From NCBI GenBank assembly GCA_043802485.1, contig JAZDKZ010000005.1, positions 1 to 64,000 on the forward strand: 64,000 nucleotides of DNA, read 5' to 3'. Source of the DNA: Candidatus Aenigmatarchaeota archaeon. GTDB taxonomy: Archaea > Aenigmatarchaeota > Aenigmatarchaeia > Aenigmatarchaeales > Aenigmatarchaeaceae. The position numbers and the translations under genes were made by a program. How positions within the stretch are numbered: the first letter of the stretch is position 1; each line of letters begins with the position of its first letter. Positions 58,642 through 64,000 of this stretch are shown piece after piece. The notes under the pieces were generated by a model. It was not told the origin of the DNA. It saw nothing but the letters and a program-made list of their open reading frames with translations, and did no database searches.

Positions 58642-61600
58642 TCATTGCTCTTCCAGCTCTTCTTCTATGTCGTACATGTTTTCATAAAGGCTTGTTTTTT
58701 TTGTCTTATTTCTTTTGAACAGTTCCTTTAGAATACCGAGGTTGATGTGACCTGTCACTTCCAGTAAAACAAAGATTAAAAGCAAAACTATCAGAACCGC
58801 AACGATGGTAACCTCGAAAATCGGGAAATCTGTTACAACTGCCGCTATAATCTCACAGGGCTGGTTCTCCACAGGCTTGCTGTCGGTTGTTCCGCAGGCA
58901 TTGGTATCAGTGCATGTCCTTGTCTGCAGGTCGTTGGCACATTCAGACCAGTCAGTACATGACCAAGCCTCTGCACAAACAACAGTAAGTTCCGGCTCCA
59001 CCGAACCGCCGCTGGTTCCTATGACAAAGGTCGAGAAGCCTGGCGAAACCGCCTCGTAAAAGTGCTCGAACGAGTCGTTGCTCACATAGGTTGTGGGCAA
59101 TTCGTTCCACCTGTCGCTCTCCCATCTGTATAAACTAATATCAGAATAATTAATGCCGTTCTCCTCCATCCAGGTCTTGTTGACAGCGAACCTTATCACG
59201 GTCCTGTTAATGTCTGCGTCCTGGATGTTTTCCTTTTCTATGTTGATGTAATGATAGACCTTGCCTTCAATCTCGTGCGAGACTGAGGCAGGCGCGCCTG
59301 CAATTTTAGTTATTCTTATCTGTATGTCGTTGGCGCTGTTCCTCACGGATATGCTTATTTTTCTGACCGCCATGTCCTCTATCTTTGCTATGGAGACGTT
59401 TGTCGTGCCCCCTGCAGAAATCGAACCAATGCTCACATTAGCATTGCCCTTTTTCCTGTCAACATCAATAACAACAGGAACTGGTCCTCCACCTCCTGTA
59501 GGCACAAAGCTGGCTGCGGGAGCAGTCTGAACTGTTAATATCGATGATATACCGGTCGTGTTAGCCGTCCAGTTATTGCCGCCCGTTGCATTGAAAGTGT
59601 AGTTGTATGTTCCTACAGCAAGAGTGGCAACCTCGGAATAAGGCGTGGTGTTGTCGGCAAGAGCACCGTCCCTTCTCAGCTCATAAACAACACCGTCGTC
59701 ACCAACATTGCTCTCAGTAGCGTTCGCAGTTGTCTGGTTGCCAAAAGTAACTGTACTGGAGGGGCTGAAATTAATTAACAGACTCAGCACACCCTTGTTT
59801 ACAAGGGCATAGAAAGTGACTCCTGTTGCGTTATCCGACCAGTTGGCGTCGCCTGTTACATTGACCTTGTACGGGAAAGTGTCGTTGCCTAGTCTTATGT
59901 TCTCCGCTTGTGGAGATGTTCCATTTGCAACATGTGTTCCGTTTCTATACAAGAACACCGTGCCGCCGGACGATGTTCCGGTCGAATTAATTGATTCAGG
60001 ATAAGTATATGTCACGTTCTGGTTGGTAGAGCCATTCAGATAAAGATTAACCAAGTTAACTCCTTTGTTTACTAAAGCGTAAAACGTAACGCCCGTGCTG
60101 TTGTCAGAGTAGTTGGCATTGCCTGTCGCATTTACTTTGTAAGGGTGTGTGTCGTTGCCTAACAGCACCAGCTCAGACTGTGGGGAGGTTCCGTTGGCTA
60201 CCAGGCTGTCGTTCCTGTACAGATATACTGTGCCTATGTTTGTTGTCACTGTCGCATTTACAGCCTCTGGATAGGTGTATGTTACATTCTGATCTGCAGA
60301 GTCGTTCAAGATAAGGCTTACTGGATTAGATGCCTTGTTCACAAACATGTGTATGCTGCTGTTCGAAGCAGTTGACCAGTTGGCATTGCCGGAAGTGTTG
60401 TATATAACCTGATAGGTTCCGTTGCCCAAAACTAGTTCTAAAGATGCCGGGTTGTTGGATGTATTTGAAAGCGCAATGGCAGGTGAGGATTCGGAAACGT
60501 TAACGACATAAAGGCTAAAGTCTGGTGGTGTCACAGTTGTTGTTGAGTTGCCGCTTATGTTTGCGCTTGTTGAATATGTTATGGTAGAGTTCGCACCATC
60601 ACCACCTATGAATATTTGTACGTCAGGCGTCCCCTGAGCCATTGCCAATATGTTTGCAGTCGTGTTTGAGGAATAATTGGCATTGCCGGAAGTGTTGTAA
60701 GTATAATTATATGCGCCCACACCCAAAAGAGCCAGACCAGGATTAGAGACAGCGGTAGAGTTCCTGTACAGATTACATGTTATCTGCGCTGGGCAGCCGG
60801 TTCCCGTCGTGTTTGAGCCTTCTGGGTATGTTCCAGACCATGAAAGGTTATTGCTCAGCTGCAAGATAACCGGAGCCTGGTTGACTATAACATAATATGT
60901 TGTCGAATTTGCAGAATAGTTCTGATTTCCTGTTGTATTTACAGTATACTCCCACGAGCCTGTGCCCAAAGTGATTTGTGTGTCGTTCTCGGAGGATACA
61001 TCAGAGTCGTTGCGGTAAATATTACATGTTCCTGCAGAGCAAACGCCTGTCGCATTTGTTTGCGTGCCGTAAACGACAACAATGTTCTGGTTCGCGTACT
61101 CTGTGCTGTTATTCAGGTAAAGGTTAATCTGATTGTCTGCCTGGCCAATTGTGAATGACCAAGTATCGGTGTCGTCCCAGTTGCCCGCGGAATCATTGGC
61201 GTAGGACGTCCAGTTGAAAGTTCCTGCTGGCAGGACTAGAGAATAGTTATAGATTGAACCGTTAAAGGTGTCGTTTGTCATGGAGGCATTGCTTATCAGG
61301 ACAGCGGTAGAGTTCCTGATTGTTATCAGGACATTTGATATGTCGCTGTTGGTGTCATTCCAAGTAACATTAAATAACGAGGGGGACGAAGCAGAGTATG
61401 AAGACTGTGGGGTTGTGACATTGTTATACCATCCAGGGGCTGTGCTGTCCACTTTGACAGTGTAATTGGCAGTTCCAGCGTCTCCCAAACCCGTATTGTC
61501 ATAGCACTCGACATTCCATATATATGCCTCGTCTGTAGGAACCGTGTTTGTTATAAAGTTCGCAGACCCGTTCACAAGAGGCGTGGTGTTGCTTACGTTT

Positions 61601-62904
61601 TCCAGCCAGCTACCTGTGAAGTTCCCGTAAAGGGTGCAGTTGTCCATTGTAACAGAAGAGTTCCATACAGGATTGTAAGTAAAGTTGATTGTCTTTACAC
61701 TTGACCAGTTATTGTCCCCGGGTGAGACAAGCGACACATTTATGGCGTCCGTGGCCGTGTAACTGGAGAAACTTGAAACCGTGAATGTGAGGTTCTCGCC
61801 GTCCCAGACAACATCCGAGCATATGCTTGGCAGGCATGATTGTGGATTGGAACCGTCATATCCTGTTCTGATTATCTGGGGCTTTCCGCTAATACCCAGC
61901 TGACCGGAAATATTGTATATGGTCAGCCTTGCTGATAGATTCAAATTCGGCCTGTCAGGCTGGCCGCAGCTGTCTCCGCAGAATTCCGTGTCGTTAATCC
62001 CTACCCTTCCCGCGCCCATGACGCTCTTCATGGCGAATTCCATTATGGCCTGGGATTGCTGCTGTGAATCAAAGCTGATGTTTGTCTGGAAAACTATTTT
62101 AGCCTTTCCAGGAACATCTATTGTAAAGTTTTGGATTGCTGAAAAGTTGCCGCTTTCCGCTATATCCGTAAAGTTTGTCGTCGCCCCACCAAAGCTGGGC
62201 GCGCACACCATCCAATGCGTGCCATTCCATGTTCCAGGGCCGTATGTGTCCGTATATGAACATAGAGAAACATTCTGCGTGCAACCAACCGCCTGCACAG
62301 GGCTGAGCACTGGAGACGAATTCGACTCGTTCCATCCAGGAACCTCTGGGAAGGACGCTCCTGGCTGGCCCTCGGGCGGGCAGCCGAAGGTTGACATGTT
62401 GACCAGCAATGCAACTGCAAAGAAACCGGGCAGGTCAAACGTTTCGTTCAGTCCGGAAGTATCGTTAATGACTGTTGCGTTCATCGTTATGTTCTTGGGC
62501 TGAATCTGCTGTACTGACAACGTTGTGAAATTTACAGTATCATTAAACTCGAAAATAGCCCAGCTTGCGTCTGTCCCGTTTTGTTTGAATACACCAGGCA
62601 TAAGTTCGTTTCCTCCTATCTGAGAAAAATTGGCATCGACCAGCATGCTTGAATTGCAAACATGTGGTGAAGAACAACTGATGTTGGCAATGATATAGAC
62701 GTCGTTCCCGTCCGCAAAGAACATGTCCCCTCTTGACAAATTAACCCATGTTGGGCAAGGATTTCCACCGCAAAAGTCATAGCCCTGCAGTCCCCCCGGA
62801 TTGACATCAGCAAATGCTGGCAGGACAATTACGAGGCATATTATAATTGACAGAATTAGTACCGAAAATAAGCTCAAACTCCCCAAAAGGCCTCTTTTGT
62901 TCAA
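58642..62904 (-). CDS. Large surface glycoprotein with ~90-aa repeats and PGF-pre-PGF domain
   Basis: Probable TTG start at 62904 (MNKR..., as in the paralogue); C-terminal region near-identical to the 51642 gene. Confidence 0.88.
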   Translation of the reverse strand: MNKRGLLGSLSLFSVLILSIIICLVIVLPAFADVNPGGLQGYDFCGGNPCPTWVNLSRGDMFFADGNDVYIIANISCSSPHVCNSSMLVDANFSQIGGNELMPGVFKQNGTDASWAIFEFNDTVNFTTLSVQQIQPKNITMNATVINDTSGLNETFDLPGFFAVALLVNMSTFGCPPEGQPGASFPEVPGWNESNSSPVLSPVQAVGCTQNVSLCSYTDTYGPGTWNGTHWMVCAPSFGGATTNFTDIAESGNFSAIQNFTIDVPGKAKIVFQTNISFDSQQQSQAIMEFAMKSVMGAGRVGINDTEFCGDSCGQPDRPNLNLSARLTIYNISGQLGISGKPQIIRTGYDGSNPQSCLPSICSDVVWDGENLTFTVSSFSSYTATDAINVSLVSPGDNNWSSVKTINFTYNPVWNSSVTMDNCTLYGNFTGSWLENVSNTTPLVNGSANFITNTVPTDEAYIWNVECYDNTGLGDAGTANYTVKVDSTAPGWYNNVTTPQSSYSASSPSLFNVTWNDTNSDISNVLITIRNSTAVLISNASMTNDTFNGSIYNYSLVLPAGTFNWTSYANDSAGNWDDTDTWSFTIGQADNQINLYLNNSTEYANQNIVVVYGTQTNATGVCSAGTCNIYRNDSDVSSENDTQITLGTGSWEYTVNTTGNQNYSANSTTYYVIVNQAPVILQLSNNLSWSGTYPEGSNTTGTGCPAQITCNLYRNSTAVSNPGLALLGVGAYNYTYNTSGNANYSSNTTANILAMAQGTPDVQIFIGGDGANSTITYSTSANISGNSTTTVTPPDFSLYVVNVSESSPAIALSNTSNNPASLELVLGNGTYQVIYNTSGNANWSTASNSSIHMFVNKASNPVSLILNDSADQNVTYTYPEAVNATVTTNIGTVYLYRNDSLVANGTSPQSELVLLGNDTHPYKVNATGNANYSDNSTGVTFYALVNKGVNLVNLYLNGSTNQNVTYTYPESINSTGTSSGGTVFLYRNGTHVANGTSPQAENIRLGNDTFPYKVNVTGDANWSDNATGVTFYALVNKGVLSLLINFSPSSTVTFGNQTTANATESNVGDDGVVYELRRDGALADNTTPYSEVATLAVGTYNYTFNATGGNNWTANTTGISSILTVQTAPAASFVPTGGGGPVPVVIDVDRKKGNANVSIGSISAGGTTNVSIAKIEDMAVRKISISVRNSANDIQIRITKIAGAPASVSHEIEGKVYHYINIEKENIQDADINRTVIRFAVNKTWMEENGINYSDISLYRWESDRWNELPTTYVSNDSFEHFYEAVSPGFSTFVIGTSGGSVEPELTVVCAEAWSCTDWSECANDLQTRTCTDTNACGTTDSKPVENQPCEIIAAVVTDFPIFEVTIVAVLIVLLLIFVLLEVTGHINLGILKELFKRNKTKKTSLYENMYDIEEELEEQ
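59795..60334 (-). repeat. Tandem ~270-bp (90-aa) intragenic repeat
   Basis: NVTYTYPE...GTVxLYRN...VANGTSPQ...LGNDTxPYKVN...TGVTFYALVNKG twice; related unit in the 48407 gene. Confidence 0.8.
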
Positions 62905-62908
62905 AAAC

Positions 62909-62943
62909 ACCACTAACACTTATTTAGAAAACCGGCTTATAAA
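62909..62943 (-). promoter_or_regulatory. Second copy of the 35-bp promoter/5'-UTR block
   Basis: Identical to 58583-58617. Confidence 0.8.
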
Positions 62944-62990
62944 GATTGCTAACAAAAAACCTTTATCTTCTGCATGTCTTATTTAATTTA

Positions 62991-64000
62991 ATGAAAAAGT
63001 TTATTTTGTCTGCTTTGAAGACAGATATAGCAAAAAGCAGCGGCCTGATATTCATAGCGTCCTTGGCGGCGAACCTGATAGTTTTTCTGGTCGACATCTT
63101 CATATCAAACGTGCTCAGCCCGGAGGGGTTCGGCGTCTTTAGGACACTCTTCTATCTTTTCGCCTTCCTGCCGCTCATTATGGACCTTGGCGTCAACATC
63201 ACTTTGACAAAATACATCTCCCAGTTCAAGAAAAGGAGCAGCGAGAAGATAGGCTACCTGATAAGCTACTTTTTGAAGATAAAGCTGGTCTCGTATGCGG
63301 TGCTCGTGGTTTCTGTCATCGTGCTGAAGGACCAAATAGCGCTTCTGTTCCTAAATGACGTGAGCCTCAGCTATCTCATATTCCCAGGCGCCATCCTTTC
63401 AGCCCTATTCTTCTTTAACAGCTTCCAGAACATCGTCATGGGATTCCAAAAGTTCAAGATTTTCGCCCTTTCGCAGTTCCTTGTGTCAGTAAGCTCCGCG
63501 ATGCTGGGCTATATGTTAAGCTTCTTTGGCATTTTTTACTTGATCCTTGGTTGGGGCATAGGCTATTTTGTGGGCAATGTTTTTGCTTTGCGCTTCTTCT
63601 TCAAGCTAAAGTTAAGCCCAACAAAAAGGTTCGACGCAAGGAAAATATTCAAAACATTCAGCCTGCCGCTACACGCGGTGTACATAATAAACAGCGTATA
63701 CTATGTCATCGTTCCCATACTAAGCATCTTCTTCTCGCAGGAGGCCATAGGCTACTTCTCCTTCGCCTTCCTCTTCTATTTCGCTACAATGCTTATACCT
63801 AACGCCATATCATTTGTGGTGATGCCCAAAGTGTCGGAAATGCAGGGAATGGACAAGATTGGAGATGCCAAAAGGCTTCTGAGGAAAGTTTTCATGCTTT
63901 ACACGCCCATAGTTGTTGCAGGCATTTTGTTCGTTCTTTTAGCTTCAGACATGCTTTTCAACGTTTTTTTCCAGAGCTATCTGCCCAGTCTGTCTTTCTT
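62991..64000 (+). CDS. Wzx/oligosaccharide flippase (3' truncated by window edge), not in ORF track
   Basis: Manual translation MKKFILSALKTDIAKSSGLIFIASLAANL...LSPEGFGVF...DLGVNITLTKYIS. Confidence 0.85.
   Translation, partial: MKKFILSALKTDIAKSSGLIFIASLAANLIVFLVDIFISNVLSPEGFGVFRTLFYLFAFLPLIMDLGVNITLTKYISQFKKRSSEKIGYLISYFLKIKLVSYAVLVVSVIVLKDQIALLFLNDVSLSYLIFPGAILSALFFFNSFQNIVMGFQKFKIFALSQFLVSVSSAMLGYMLSFFGIFYLILGWGIGYFVGNVFALRFFFKLKLSPTKRFDARKIFKTFSLPLHAVYIINSVYYVIVPILSIFFSQEAIGYFSFAFLFYFATMLIPNAISFVVMPKVSEMQGMDKIGDAKRLLRKVFMLYTPIVVAGILFVLLASDMLFNVFFQSYLPSLSF

Noticed and set aside
51642..60334. Diversity-generating retroelement template/variable repeats
   Set aside because: No reverse transcriptase in the window; both copies are coding and differences do not look adenine-specific

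Overview
Gene-dense archaeal chromosomal segment. Archaeal markers include rpS17e, Nop5/fibrillarin, aMBF1, PolB, Cdc48, Lhr, two histones, and tRNAs with bulge-helix-bulge (BHB) introns. The compact layout and surface-protein types suggest a DPANN archaeon, perhaps Aenigmarchaeota-like (inference only). About 1-47 kb is mostly housekeeping (HisRS, IleRS, SerRS, TyrRS, TopA, ADP-forming acetyl-CoA synthetase, MetAP, beta-CASP RNase) with interspersed AT-richer accessory genes. About 47.5-64 kb is a cluster of large modular surface glycoproteins plus a flippase. Main findings: (1) a tight minus-strand operon of a Cas2/ferredoxin-like protein, intein-containing Cdc48, a DUF3467 protein and an HExxH zincin, where the last three all end in RYIG, a candidate shared proteasome-docking tail; the zincin gene lies between exact 16-bp direct repeats encoding that tail; (2) a free-standing LAGLIDADG gene abutting a tRNA-Ser(GCT) with two introns, one at position 8/9 whose BHB uses the 5' leader; (3) a 54-aa non-nucleosomal-type histone missed by the ORF track, alongside a canonical histone and a SET-domain protein. 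No CRISPR array, rRNA or transposase was seen. All family assignments come from reading motifs, not database searches.
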